Shown here: in pieces, positions 1-10,134 of the stretch
How positions within the stretch are numbered: the first letter of the stretch is position 1
Layout: each line of letters opens with the position of its first letter
Source: an uncultured Bacteroidota bacterium
GTDB taxonomy: Bacteria; Bacteroidota; Bacteroidia; UKL13-3
DNA length: 64,000 nucleotides
Assembly (NCBI GenBank): GCA_903927505.1
Contig: CAIYNF010000012.1
Coordinates: forward strand, 8,941 to 72,940
Reading direction: 5' to 3'
Made by a program: the position numbers and the translations under genes
The notes under the pieces: generated by a model
What the model was told of the DNA's origin: nothing
Database searches by the model: none
What the model saw: only the letters and a program-made list of their open reading frames with translations

Positions 1-489
1 TCCATGATAACATTTTGGAAATTAATATTTGAAGCATCATTATACATTTGGAAATGTGAAATAGCAGTAGTGGTAATATTTCTTATCACTAAATTGGTAT
101 CACTTGCATTTCCACCTGCGCCTATTCCACTAATGGTAATATTACTTGCATTGTTAAATCTAATTAAAGCATTGGCTACATTTCCAAGAAGGTATTTTTT
201 GGCTTGTGTACCGCCATTTCCAGGACGAATGCTTAATGAATAATTATAGGTTCCAATTGTTGAACCACTTACTTCCAACCATTTATTTAAGACAACTAGT
301 CCTGGTTCTACTATGGTATCACTCATAATATTAATTACAGTATTCCCTTGTAAAAAACCATTGTTTATGCGATAGAATACACCAGAGGTATCATTCGCTG
401 TTAAGCTTGTTGTAGGATAACCCGCACCAACATTTATGATAGTTGCCAAAGGCTGAGAAATCACATAACTATTGAGTATTCCAGGTATT
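1..489 (-). repeat. start of repeat unit 3 of the giant ORF (cut by window edge)
   Basis: IINVGAGYPTTSLTANDTSGVFYRINNGFLQGN (near 430) parallels the opening of unit 2. Confidence 0.4.
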
Positions 490-3400
490 GTGGTAATATT
501 ACCCACGTTTACACCAACACCATAACTTGGAGAAATTGCTAAATTTCCTGCATCATCTTGCGCTGCTAAGAAATAGAAAACAGTATCTCCTACAGTTAAT
601 CCGCCCATGGCACTGGTGCCAATGGTAAAGGTCCAATTTCCATTATTTGGATTTCCAGAAACCAATGTTCCACTAGCAGTATTGAAAGTACCATTTACAC
701 CTTTACGGAAATAAATTGTAGGTAAATTGGTCATTGTACTTACACCATAATTATCAATCAAGGTGGCTGTAATATCCCTATTTGCAATTGAAGCTGTATT
801 GGTTAAAGCCGTATAACTAATAACAGGACTAAAGAAATCTGCCATTTGATCCGACATATTATTTCCCGCATCTGCACCCACGTCTACAGGAGAATTATTT
901 GCTCTAATATCTCCATCATAATCATCCATTACTATTGATGCTATACTAGGATCTCCAGACATTTCAGCAGCATTAACTGCATTTACATGCAAATCAACCA
1001 AATCTGAACTTCCATTTTGATTTGCAAAACCTGGCAAACCATTTGCGCTGTTTAAATCTATTGGCGTTGCCACAGAACTTTGCCATCCTCCAGTTCCTCT
1101 TAAATTAGTATAGCTTATTAAGCTATATCCATTATAAACCAATGCCGAACCAATGCCTGGCGCTGAATACAATAAATTATAATTTGAATTATAATATGAA
1201 TTGGTATAAGGCCTGTAAGCTACATTTAATCCACTCGCCGAACCTGCATTAGAAGTTGTATTGGAAAAAATATTGTTTTTAACATTTACTGTTGACAAAC
1301 CTGTAGTAGCAAAAAACGGAGCAGTGGTTCCAGCTCCTGAAGATGGATTACCTGATATATAAATTGAATTGTGGTAAATATTATTAGCAGAAGTTGTTGC
1401 CAAATAATACCCATATACATTGTAAGGACCAGTAAAGGCATTACCTGCCGCATCTATACCCAAACGAATCATATTGTTTTGGGTACTAATTGTGCCACCT
1501 GCTTGATAAATACCAAATATTGAAGCCGTTCCAGTTGTAACTGCTCCAAAAGAATGTACCAAATTCTTTTGAATATAATTGGCCCCAAGTGTACTCATTG
1601 AGGCATAAATACCAATCATATTTATACCCGATACCGTGGTATTTGTGCTATTAACTGCATACACTTTATTTCCAACAATATTATTATTGGTAGAAGCAGA
1701 TGGATAAGAATAACCAATTACAGCAGAAGCAGTTGTTGTTCCAATAGAACTAGAAGCAGTAGTAATATTTCTTACCGTATTATTGGATAATGTCAAGGTA
1801 ACACCAGCAGCATATATACCAAAACATTGCGTTGAAGCAAGTCCAGGCAACAACAAAGTGTCTACTAAATTATTTGAAATAATTTGTCCAATAGAGGTTG
1901 AGGTATTCATTATACCTATTAATTTAGCAGAAGTTGTTGTTCCAGCACTTAAGGTATTTATAGTAAAGTTTCTAATTTGATTATTAGAAATATTATTTAC
2001 ACCGCCTGTGGTACCAATTCCAAAATGAGATCCTGCAATTGCAGTAGTATTGGCATTAACAAAATTGGAAATAATATTATTGGTAATGGTTTGGGTAGGG
2101 TTGGTACTCGAAACCATAATACCACACAATGGCGTTGCAGTAGTAAATCCAGTTAAAGCTGTATTTACATAAAACTTATAAAGTGTATTGTTATTTATAA
2201 ATACATTTAAGGTAGTAGCAGAAACAGCAATACCCCTTAAACCTGCTGTGGTACTTGTTGTATTATTAGCAGTAAGATTTCCAATATAATTATCAGCAAT
2301 TGTAATAGAGGCAACACCACCATAATTAATACCTGTCATAATTCCCGTTCCAACAGATTGAATGCTATTTAAAGTAGAAGCATGTCCAATTGTATTTGCC
2401 TTAATATTGGCTACACCTGCAGAAATAGTTATACCAGTTATAGAACCTGCAGTTGCAGAAGTATAATTTATATTTTGAATGGTATTGCCTTGAATATATA
2501 CACCTGTATTTGTTCCAACACTGGCACTAATACCTGTAAATGTTGTGGCAGCAGTATTTGTTAATGCAGTACCACCGCAAAAACGGCTGCTTCCACCCAA
2601 ATAATTTCCAGAAATGGTATCTCCATTAGAAACTGACCCTGGAGTTAATGTAATAGGAGCCCAAGCACCGCCCAATGCGGTAGGATGATTATAATAAAAA
2701 TGATTGTTATTAATCCTCGTATTAATACCCGTTGCAGTTGCTGCATAAACGCCACCTACAGTAAAGTTATAAATATTATTATTTAAAATAACGGTATTGT
2801 CATTCTCCTTTCCAGCAGTACCTAACATGTAAATTCCATAAGCATATGGCGTTGCAAGATCTGTATATAGGTTCGAACCGATAATTACATTATTATCATT
2901 TCCATTTCCAATACCTGCGGTTGTAATATTTATTAAACCAGTAGAAGTATTTCTTCCACGAATAACCATATTAACAATTGAATCATTTGAAGCGTCATTA
3001 CTCAACAAAATAGCTGGCGCAACAGCCTGGCTTACAAAAACTAAATTTGTATCAGTACTTGTTCCACTTGGCGACACACCTGAAATGGTAACACCACTTG
3101 CCCCATTCAAACGAATCATTCCACTTGCATTTGTACTGCTTAAAGTAAACTGTGTATTTGATTGTGGTTGAATAGTAATTCTATACCCATAATTACCAAC
3201 AGCGCCCGCACTTACTTGCGAAACGGCATTTAATGCAGTTGTTCCCAATTCAGTAATATTACTGGTAATTAAAACCTGGGTATTGCCAGTAATGGCACCA
3301 TTATTTAAATTAAAGAATAAACCAGTTGCATCTCCAGCTGTAAGCGAGGTAATAGCATTTCCAGCGCCAACCAAAATTGGCGAACTCAATAATGGAATAA

Positions 3401-6400
3401 CTTTGTAGTAATTTAATAAAGGCGCTAAGGTATTACTTGGATGCGTTGTAATAGTATTTACATCTGTTGCCAATACATAAGGCACATTTGAAGCAATATT
3501 TCCAGCACTATCCTGTGCAATTAAATAATAGTATACAGAGTCGTTACCCAATACACCGCCAACCAAAGAATGATCAATTACAAAGTTCCATTGTGCATTT
3601 TTTGACGAACCTGCGTTTAAGGTTCCAGCAGTACTGTAATAGGTTCCATTTATTCCTTTTTTGTAATAAACTCTAGGAGCTAGTGTGCCACTTGTATAAA
3701 CTCCGCCATTATCATAAATAGAAGCTTGCAAGGTTAAATTGGCGCCATTTAAAACATTTGCCAAAGGAGTAAATAAAATATAAGGTGCAATTAAATCTGC
3801 AGATAAGGTATAATTTCCTGCATCTGCTCCAATATCAACTGGTGTTCTGCTTGAACGTGCGGCACCATCAAAATTATCTGTGGTGGTAAGTGTATTATCG
3901 CCCATTCCCTCAACTGGTGTAGGCGATTGAACCCGCATATTTACAGTTGCACTTGTACCAGTTGGACTAACAAAATTTGGATTTGCAGAAGCACTGTTTA
4001 CATCTAATTTTGTTAAAGCTCTCCAGCCAGTAGCACCAGCCAATGAGGCATAAGAAGTTGCTGTTAATATAGCTGCATTACCGCCAGTTCCTGGCGTATA
4101 AAACAAATTGAAATTACTTATAATATTTGCCAAGGATGCCAATTTCAATCCATAATGCAAACCAGTTGCAGCTGTATTAGAAGATAAATTAGCAATAATA
4201 TTATTTCTTATATCTACACTACCCGTTGCAACCGCTGCACTTACATCTATGCCATAAGTAGCAGAAGTTCCAGAAGTATAAGATCCATTTAAATAAATAG
4301 TATTGTGGTAAATTTTTAAACCATTTCCAACACCCGCGCTACCATATGTAGCTGCTGTTAAATAAATTCCTCTGTTTGCATACGGACCAGTTAATACGGT
4401 ACCCGCATTGTTTACGCCAATTCTAATAATATTGTTTTGAACCACAGCATAAGTGCTGCTCATTAAAATACCTGTAATTGCTCCCGCTGCTGTGGTGCTT
4501 AAGCTAAAACTATGGAAATTATTCCTTGCAATAATACTGGTATTACCCGCTGCTGTTGTTCCTGCTGTATGATACAAACCAACAATATTGGCAGCAGTAG
4601 TAGTGGCAGAACTTATAAAAGTATGAAGGGTATTTTGTGTAATGGTTTGGTTCGTTCCAGCGCCAGCCACATTCATACCCACCAATGCAGAAGAATTTAG
4701 CGTATTTGCAGCGGTACTTGAAGAATAAAAACGAGAAATAGTATTTCCTGTTATGGTATTTCCTGTAGTACCTAATAAATATAAACCTGTAGTTTGTGAA
4801 GCACTTGCACCACTATAAACAAAAGAATCTATGCTATTGTTTAAGATGGTATGCAAAGTAGATACGCCAAAATTCATTGCCATAATTGCGGCGGCAGCAT
4901 TTACACCAATACTCGTACTTGCTGTATTCTTGAAATTATAAAGCGTATTATTTTGAAAAATATTAGTGGTAGATGAAACTGTTTCACAAATTGCATTTAC
5001 TTGGGTAGATGCCGCTCCTGTTAATGTGAAATTGGAAATGGTATTTCCACTTACCGTATTTAAGGTGCTTCCATTTGCTATTAATAAACCATTTAGTGCC
5101 GCCGAAGAAGTTGTTCCTGCGGCAATACTTGCAGAAGTGAAATTAGATATGGTATTGTTTGAAATGGTATTGTTGGCAGAAGCGCCTCCATAATAAATAC
5201 CCGTTGTAACATGCGTGCCTAATTGTACATTTCTAAAAATACCTAAAGACCCGCCAATGGTATTGTTTGAAATTACTTGCGGATTTCCAGATGAAGTTAC
5301 AGAAACACCTAATAATGCAGCAGCAGTGGTTACGCCTACATTGGTAGATTGTGTTACAAAATTATACAAGCTATTGCTTGAAATGGTAACAATACTTCCG
5401 CCTGAATTATTAATACCCCTAATGGCAGCCGCTGCATTAATATTACTATCTGTTAAATTGGCAATTAAATTATTGGTGATATTTATTATACCAGTTCCAG
5501 AATTGTTTATTGCTGTAATTGCTGAATTATTCAAAGAACGAATACTCGAAACCGTACTTGCATGGCCAATAGTATTTGCTGTACCTGCACCTCCACCAAT
5601 TGTATAGGTTCCAGTTCCACTTGTATTGATACCTGTTAAAGCAAAAGTTGAAGCAAGACCTCCAGTTAAACTAATATTTTGAATTCTATTACTTTGAATT
5701 AAAGTTGGAGACACCCCTGCAGAGGTGCTTGCTGCAATACCGGTTAATGAACCAGCGGCACTACTTATGGTCCATGGCAAACCAGCGCACAAGGGCGCAC
5801 TACCTCCAATATAATTATTGCTAATAGTATGACTAAAAGATGTTGTACCTGCAGGTATAAAATTAATAGCAGTTAAAGCATTGGTAGTAATAGTTGTGGT
5901 AGTATCGTAAAAACTATTATTGCTAATATTCCAGAAAGAACCAATACCCGTATTGGTAGCATTGGCTAAAATTCCATTCAACACAAAAGCATAGAAATTA
6001 TTATTGCTAATGCTTACATAATCATTTTGCGCCGCTGCAGATTGACCTTGTGCAAAAATTCCATTTGCCAATGTTGCAGGATAAGCAGAACTGCGAATAT
6101 TTAAATTACTAAAGGTTAAACTGTCATTTCCTAAAGTACCCGTTGTACCTCCAATAAAAATGGCACCACTGGTAGTTGAGGCATTGGCACTAAAAACTGT
6201 ACAATATTGCAATACATGTGTATTGGCATCATTCAAATATTGAATAACTGGCCCACTGATACTTGCATTAATAAATTTTAAATTGTTTGAACCAAGTCCT
6301 CCTGGTCTACCATCAATAGTTATGTATTTTGCCCTACTAAAGGTAATTAATGAAGTTGCGTTTCCTTGAATAAGCACATTGCTATTTGAAACGGCAGGAC

Positions 6401-7757
6401 GAATTACAATTGGATTGCTAGCACCCATTCCGAAAAACGGATTTACGGTAATAGGAAAAGTTTCTGCTGCCCCATAAACCGCATCTGTTAAATTTACGGT
6501 TACTGGTCCAGTAACACCCACAGCATTCAATTCATTTGCAAAAGCTGTTAAGCTTGTAAAATCACCTCCAGCTCCCACTGCATAAGTACCATTTAACCTT
6601 GGACGAATGGTTCTTGTTCCTGCAGGTGCAGTTACCGTTGGAACTTTGTTTTTAATGGTAGTCAAAGAATCATAATCAAATGAAACCAATTCTGCATCCA
6701 ATAAATTATTTGGCGTGGCAGAACCACTTACATCATAAGTTACCCAAAAATAATGAGTTCCAGTTGATGCTAATATTTGATTTCCAGCAATTGAATATGA
6801 TCCTGAGGAAAGAGTTGCAGAACCAAATAAAGTTGAATTATTAAATACGTTACTATTCCCTGTGTAATAAATTTTCGCATTTGCAATGTCCGCTATATTT
6901 GTAGTACCATTTGTATTTAAATTAATGTTCTTAATTGCAAATGCATCTCGTTGACCTGAAACAGTTATTTGCAAACCTAAAATTTGATTGTCCGCAGAAC
7001 CAACACCTACAGCGGTAGTTGAAGGCTGAGTGGTAGTTGAAGAACCAAAGGCCATTGGCGGAGGAATATAACCTAATTGAATATTTGGTCTGGTGGTATT
7101 ATTTGTTGTAGCAGTTACAATTGCACATTGAGAGGCAACGTTATCAGCCCAGTTATGACTAACTGTATTTACACCAGTTGTGGTGGCCAAAACGGTTGGA
7201 CCATTAGCATAACAAGTTATTCCTGTAACATTATTAGATTGGTCATCACAAATATCAACCAAAAGGTTTGAAGTGCCATCCCAACTAAAGGAATTGTTAA
7301 AAGTAAAATTATTCCAACCTACACTTGTATATATTGTACTCGGATTAAAAACGGTGGTTAAGCCAACCAAATCATAGGCTGTAGTTAAACTGGTTGCGCT
7401 TGTGTTTTTGACCTTAATAGTATAATTTAAAATTTGATTACCTGCTGTAATATTACCAGAGGGACATGTAGTACCCAATGCCGGAGCGGCAACTGAAACA
7501 TTAAATCCCAGCGATTTGAGGGGAACATTTCCAAAAATACCTGCTGCATTTAATTCAGCTGCAGTAATTAAATATTGCGCATGACTTGAAGTGTAATAGG
7601 AACCAAATGGACTACCAACAGCAGTAGCTGAAATTGCAACTGCTCCATTCCCAATTGTGGCAATTACAGTTTGACTAAATCCATTTGAAAAAAGTAGAAA
7701 AATTAAGCTAAGCGTTAAACCTGCTTTTTTGATGAGTTTTGAATGCTCTAAATTCAT
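1..7757 (-). CDS. giant secreted beta-helix repeat surface protein, N-terminal >=2585 codons (3' end lies beyond the window edge); paralog of 49669..55593
   Basis: ATG at 7757 is preceded by an in-frame TAA. The N-terminus MNLEHSKLIKKAGLTLSLIFLLFSNGFSQT looks like a signal peptide. My manual minus-strand translation stays open down to base 3. The ORF track lists no minus-strand ORF anywhere in 1..7757, as expected for one open frame with no stop in the window. It shares motifs with the 1974-aa protein (GTYxVGxxGxxFxSLTAxANxLNxxGVxGPV; NLFY/NLLY...GW; DxGADAGN). Confidence 0.85.
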   Translation of the reverse strand, partial: MNLEHSKLIKKAGLTLSLIFLLFSNGFSQTVIATIGNGAVAISATAVGSPFGSYYTSSHAQYLITAAELNAAGIFGNVPLKSLGFNVSVAAPALGTTCPSGNITAGNQILNYTIKVKNTSATSLTTAYDLVGLTTVFNPSTIYTSVGWNNFTFNNSFSWDGTSNLLVDICDDQSNNVTGITCYANGPTVLATTTGVNTVSHNWADNVASQCAIVTATTNNTTRPNIQLGYIPPPMAFGSSTTTQPSTTAVGVGSADNQILGLQITVSGQRDAFAIKNINLNTNGTTNIADIANAKIYYTGNSNVFNNSTLFGSATLSSGSYSIAGNQILASTGTHYFWVTYDVSGSATPNNLLDAELVSFDYDSLTTIKNKVPTVTAPAGTRTIRPRLNGTYAVGAGGDFTSLTAFANELNAVGVTGPVTVNLTDAVYGAAETFPITVNPFFGMGASNPIVIRPAVSNSNVLIQGNATSLITFSRAKYITIDGRPGGLGSNNLKFINASISGPVIQYLNDANTHVLQYCTVFSANASTTSGAIFIGGTTGTLGNDSLTFSNLNIRSSAYPATLANGIFAQGQSAAAQNDYVSISNNNFYAFVLNGILANATNTGIGSFWNISNNSFYDTTTTITTNALTAINFIPAGTTSFSHTISNNYIGGSAPLCAGLPWTISSAAGSLTGIAASTSAGVSPTLIQSNRIQNISLTGGLASTFALTGINTSGTGTYTIGGGAGTANTIGHASTVSSIRSLNNSAITAINNSGTGIINITNNLIANLTDSNINAAAAIRGINNSGGSIVTISSNSLYNFVTQSTNVGVTTAAALLGVSVTSSGNPQVISNNTIGGSLGIFRNVQLGTHVTTGIYYGGASANNTISNNTISNFTSASIAAGTTSSAALNGLLIANGSTLNTVSGNTISNFTLTGAASTQVNAICETVSSTTNIFQNNTLYNFKNTASTSIGVNAAAAIMAMNFGVSTLHTILNNSIDSFVYSGASASQTTGLYLLGTTGNTITGNTISRFYSSSTAANTLNSSALVGMNVAGAGTNQTITQNTLHTFISSATTTAANIVGLYHTAGTTAAGNTSIIARNNFHSFSLSTTAAGAITGILMSSTYAVVQNNIIRIGVNNAGTVLTGPYANRGIYLTAATYGSAGVGNGLKIYHNTIYLNGSYTSGTSATYGIDVSAAVATGSVDIRNNIIANLSSNTAATGLHYGLKLASLANIISNFNLFYTPGTGGNAAILTATSYASLAGATGWRALTKLDVNSASANPNFVSPTGTSATVNMRVQSPTPVEGMGDNTLTTTDNFDGAARSSRTPVDIGADAGNYTLSADLIAPYILFTPLANVLNGANLTLQASIYDNGGVYTSGTLAPRVYYKKGINGTYYSTAGTLNAGSSKNAQWNFVIDHSLVGGVLGNDSVYYYLIAQDSAGNIASNVPYVLATDVNTITTHPSNTLAPLLNYYKVIPLLSSPILVGAGNAITSLTAGDATGLFFNLNNGAITGNTQVLITSNITELGTTALNAVSQVSAGAVGNYGYRITIQPQSNTQFTLSSTNASGMIRLNGASGVTISGVSPSGTSTDTNLVFVSQAVAPAILLSNDASNDSIVNMVIRGRNTSTGLINITTAGIGNGNDNNVIIGSNLYTDLATPYAYGIYMLGTAGKENDNTVILNNNIYNFTVGGVYAATATGINTRINNNHFYYNHPTALGGAWAPITLTPGSVSNGDTISGNYLGGSSRFCGGTALTNTAATTFTGISASVGTNTGVYIQGNTIQNINYTSATAGSITGITISAGVANIKANTIGHASTLNSIQSVGTGIMTGINYGGVASITIADNYIGNLTANNTTSTTAGLRGIAVSATTLNVFINNNTLYKFYVNTALTGFTTATPLCGIMVSSTNPTQTITNNIISNFVNANTTAIAGSHFGIGTTGGVNNISNNQIRNFTINTLSAGTTTSAKLIGIMNTSTSIGQIISNNLVDTLLLPGLASTQCFGIYAAGVTLTLSNNTVRNITTASSSIGTTTASAVIGYSYPSASTNNNIVGNKVYAVNSTNTTVSGINMIGIYASMSTLGANYIQKNLVHSFGAVTTGTASIFGIYQAGGTISTQNNMIRLGIDAAGNAFTGPYNVYGYYLATTSANNIYHNSIYISGNPSSGAGTTAPFFATTGLSTVNVKNNIFSNTTSNAGSASGLNVAYRPYTNSYYNSNYNLLYSAPGIGSALVYNGYSLISYTNLRGTGGWQSSVATPIDLNSANGLPGFANQNGSSDLVDLHVNAVNAAEMSGDPSIASIVMDDYDGDIRANNSPVDVGADAGNNMSDQMADFFSPVISYTALTNTASIANRDITATLIDNYGVSTMTNLPTIYFRKGVNGTFNTASGTLVSGNPNNGNWTFTIGTSAMGGLTVGDTVFYFLAAQDDAGNLAISPSYGVGVNVGNITTIPGILNSYVISQPLATIINVGAGYPTTSLTANDTSGVFYRINNGFLQGNTVINIMSDTIVEPGLVVLNKWLEVSGSTIGTYNYSLSIRPGNGGTQAKKYLLGNVANALIRFNNASNITISGIGAGGNASDTNLVIRNITTTAISHFQMYNDASNINFQNVIM
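490..3439 (-). repeat. protein-level repeat unit 2 inside the giant ORF; boundaries approximate
   Basis: The unit opens with ILVGAGNAITSLTAGDATGLFFNLNNG (near 3380). It closes with NLLYSAPG..ISYTNLRGTGGW..DLNSANGLPGFAN..DDYDGDIRANNSPVDVGADAGNN (near 880), followed by a YFRKGVNGTFNTASGTL..FYFLAAQDDAGNLAIS segment. It is collinear with unit 1. Confidence 0.5.
3440..6610 (-). repeat. protein-level repeat unit 1 inside the giant ORF (beta-helix module + Ig-like module); boundaries approximate
   Basis: The unit opens with LNGTYAVGAGGDFTSLTAFANELNAVGVTGPV (near 6600). It closes with NLFYTPG..SYASLAGATGW..DVNSASANPNFVS..DNFDGAARSSRTPVDIGADAGNY (near 3830), followed by a YYKKGINGTYYSTAGTL..YYYLIAQDSAGNIAS segment. 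Confidence 0.5.
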
Positions 7758-7875
7758 ATCGTTGATGTTTGTTGTTTTTTAATTTCCAAAAACACCCAAG
7801 ACAACTGAATTACCTGTATTTCAACCCACTAAATTGTTTTAAAAATCTTTATGATTTTTATCACATTTTCCAACC

Positions 7876-7883
7876 CAAATTTA
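7876..7883 (-). promoter_or_regulatory. candidate Bacteroidota -7 box (TAaaTTTG on minus strand) upstream of the giant ORF
   Basis: Plus-strand CAAATTTA is the reverse complement of TAAATTTG and lies about 115 nt upstream of the ATG at 7757. No clear -33 TTTG. This motif is frequent by chance in AT-rich DNA. Confidence 0.2.
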
Positions 7884-8107
7884 ACCTTTTGTAAATTATT
7901 TTTCTATAAGCAATTCTGTCTCAAGTGTTCACAATACTGTATTATAAACATAACAAACTGTTAACAACAATCAAAAATATCTACAAATCAATAAATAACA
8001 TATTATATCAAGGGCGGTATTTTAATTTCAAATAGAAGAATTTAAATGCAAATGGAGGTGAGAAAATTAAAAAAAATAATTAAAATTAAATTAAAATTAA
8101 GGTTTTT

Positions 8108-9019
8108 TTAAGAAATAAGTTCCCAATACATCAATTTCTTATCGTCACTTATACTCACAAATTGATATGCATTTACCCAAGCAATTTTATTTATAGAATT
8201 TACATGAGATTCATTACGCGCTTTATCCAATACTTTTAACAAGGTAAAATCCTGCATGTCCCATATTTTAATGGTCTTATCCATGCTTGAACTGATAAAA
8301 TAGTTTTCCTCATTTTGTATAGAAATAGCATGAATATGTAAGTTATGCGCAGGAATTTCTTTCATTAATGTAACATCTGCGGCAACATTCCAAATTTTCA
8401 ACATAGCATCTCGGCCTCCGCTATATAGCTGGGTTCCATCCCCATTAAATGCCAAAGAGAAAACAGAATTGGTATGGGCATTTTGTATTAACTCAAAAAC
8501 GGCCAAATTTTCATCCATTAAAACAATGGAAAAATCACTAAAGCCAACTGCTAACAAAGATTTTGATGGAGAACAAGTTATCACACGCGCACTTTTATCT
8601 GAGAATTTTTTAAGTGTTAGTAATTCCATTTTTTGCGCATCCCACATAGAAATGCAACCATCGCCACCCGCAGCATATAATTTGCCATTGAGCATTTTTA
8701 TATCATAAACACCCTGCTCATGGCTAACTAAATTTTTTATTTCTGTTTTGCTTCCTAAATCTAAAATATGAATATGCCCATTTGCAGTTCCTACCCATAA
8801 TTGTTGGCTAGGCTCAAACAAAAAAATACAATATATAGGCTGATCCAAACGTCCAATTAATCGTCCCTCCGCCGCATTTCCTAAATCCCATTCAACAATA
8901 TAGCCATCAGTTCCACCAGTATAAACCTTAGCGGAAACAGGAGAAACATATAAGCCATAAATAGCTCCAGAATGACCTGTAAATTCATTAATTTTATTTA
9001 CCTGAATTGATCTTTGCAT
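8108..9019 (-). CDS. WD40-repeat beta-propeller protein (cytoplasmic, function unknown)
   Basis: 303 aa with about seven WD-like repeats (GHSGAIYGL..IVEWDL; ..ISMWDA; ..LKIWNV; ..IKIWDM; ..LMYWEL). No signal peptide. Confidence 0.85.
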   Translation of the reverse strand: MQRSIQVNKINEFTGHSGAIYGLYVSPVSAKVYTGGTDGYIVEWDLGNAAEGRLIGRLDQPIYCIFLFEPSQQLWVGTANGHIHILDLGSKTEIKNLVSHEQGVYDIKMLNGKLYAAGGDGCISMWDAQKMELLTLKKFSDKSARVITCSPSKSLLAVGFSDFSIVLMDENLAVFELIQNAHTNSVFSLAFNGDGTQLYSGGRDAMLKIWNVAADVTLMKEIPAHNLHIHAISIQNEENYFISSSMDKTIKIWDMQDFTLLKVLDKARNESHVNSINKIAWVNAYQFVSISDDKKLMYWELIS

Positions 9020-9072
9020 TTTTAATAAATAATTGGCTCAAAAATGAGCTTAAAAAAGTAAACTTGCACCAT

Positions 9073-9717
9073 ATGCCATTGTTGTTTCAAAAAAATATTA
9101 ATTCTACTTGCGCACTAGCTGTTTGGCATATCACCGAACCAAAGGAAGAGCTCCTGCTACATTTTCATGAAAACTTTATAGAGCAGCAAAAAGACACTAG
9201 GACAAATGCAGCTAATGCCCAACATTACTTGGCAAGCAGAGCTATTTTACTTTCCTTATTTCCGAAGCAAAAAATTGAATTAATCAAGGACAAATTTAAC
9301 AAACCTAAACTTTTCTTAAACAATATTCCGCAACATATTTCTATAACTCATTCACATGAATATGCGGCAATTATTTTTTCTGCAGACCAATCTTTAGGAA
9401 TAGATTTAGAAAAAATAGACCAAAGAATTACCCGGGTAAAAAACAAATTCATGAATGAAAACGAATTAGAATTTGCCGGAGAAAATGAACTTATTACAGC
9501 CCAAACCCTCATTTGGAGCGCAAAAGAAACGCTTTATAAGTTATATGGCACAAAAGGTTTAGACTTTAAACAAGACCTTCACATTGCGCCATTTCAAGCC
9601 AAAAACATAGGCTCACTCAACTGTAAAATCAGCAAAATAAGTAACAATCAAAACTTTTTGGTTCAATACGAAACAATTGAAAACTATGTTCTTACCTATA
9701 TTTGCCAAAATCAATAA
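9073..9717 (+). CDS. 4'-phosphopantetheinyl transferase (Sfp-type superfamily)
   Basis: GIDLEKI and WSAKETLYK motifs. The ORF-track start at 9007 is a TTG that overlaps the WD40 gene; the first ATG is 9073 (MPLLFQK). Confidence 0.8.
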   Translation: MPLLFQKNINSTCALAVWHITEPKEELLLHFHENFIEQQKDTRTNAANAQHYLASRAILLSLFPKQKIELIKDKFNKPKLFLNNIPQHISITHSHEYAAIIFSADQSLGIDLEKIDQRITRVKNKFMNENELEFAGENELITAQTLIWSAKETLYKLYGTKGLDFKQDLHIAPFQAKNIGSLNCKISKISNNQNFLVQYETIENYVLTYICQNQ

Positions 9718-9720
9718 ACC

Positions 9721-10125
9721 ATGATACAAAAAATTGAACACATTGGAATTGCCGTAAAAGACGCTCAAAAAGCCGAAGAATTATTCAATGCTTTATTGAA
9801 CCAAAAACCCTACAAAAAAGAAATTGTAGAAAGCGAAATGGTTCAAACAATTTTTTACCAAAATGGACCAAATAAAATAGAACTGCTAGAAGCCCTTTCT
9901 CCAGAAAGCGCTATTGCCAAATTCATTGAAAAGAAAGGTGAAGGTATTCACCACATAGCATTTGCCGTTGATAATATTGAAGAAGAAATTGCCCGATTAA
10001 AAGGAGAAGGTTTTCAACTTATCAATGAAACGCCTAAACTTGGTGCCGACAATAAAATGGTTGCCTTTCTGCATCCTAAAAGTACCAATGGCGTGCTGGT
10101 TGAATTGTGCATGGAAATAAAATGA
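9721..10125 (+). CDS. mce: methylmalonyl-CoA epimerase (VOC/glyoxalase fold)
   Basis: 134 aa with IEHIGIAV..GEGIHHIAFAV..NGVLVELC, the typical epimerase pattern. Confidence 0.85.
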   Translation: MIQKIEHIGIAVKDAQKAEELFNALLNQKPYKKEIVESEMVQTIFYQNGPNKIELLEALSPESAIAKFIEKKGEGIHHIAFAVDNIEEEIARLKGEGFQLINETPKLGADNKMVAFLHPKSTNGVLVELCMEIK

Positions 10126-10134
10126 GATAAAGTC

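Noticed and set aside
4-7271. Nine plus-strand ORFs of 60-130 aa listed in the track (4-243, 1783-1980, 2382-2564, 3467-3676, 4512-4700, 4966-5193, 5215-5607, 7077-7271 and others)
   Set aside because: They lie antisense to the single giant minus-strand ORF and have odd Cys/Ile/Leu-rich compositions. They are shadow ORFs created by the repetitive, stop-poor codon usage of that gene.
8040-8107. AT-rich reiterated AAATTAAA-type sequence downstream of the WD40 gene
   Set aside because: This is low-complexity A/T sequence without a defined repeat unit or hairpin. It is probably just 3' UTR or promoter-region composition.
9007-9072. Longer N-terminal extensions given by the ORF track: 9007 and 20236 on the plus strand; 16846, 22004, 22905, 23761, 31196 and 41456 on the minus strand
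   Set aside because: I checked the DNA. These starts are TTG or GTG codons, and several overlap the upstream gene. A downstream ATG in each case gives a canonical N-terminus or signal peptide.
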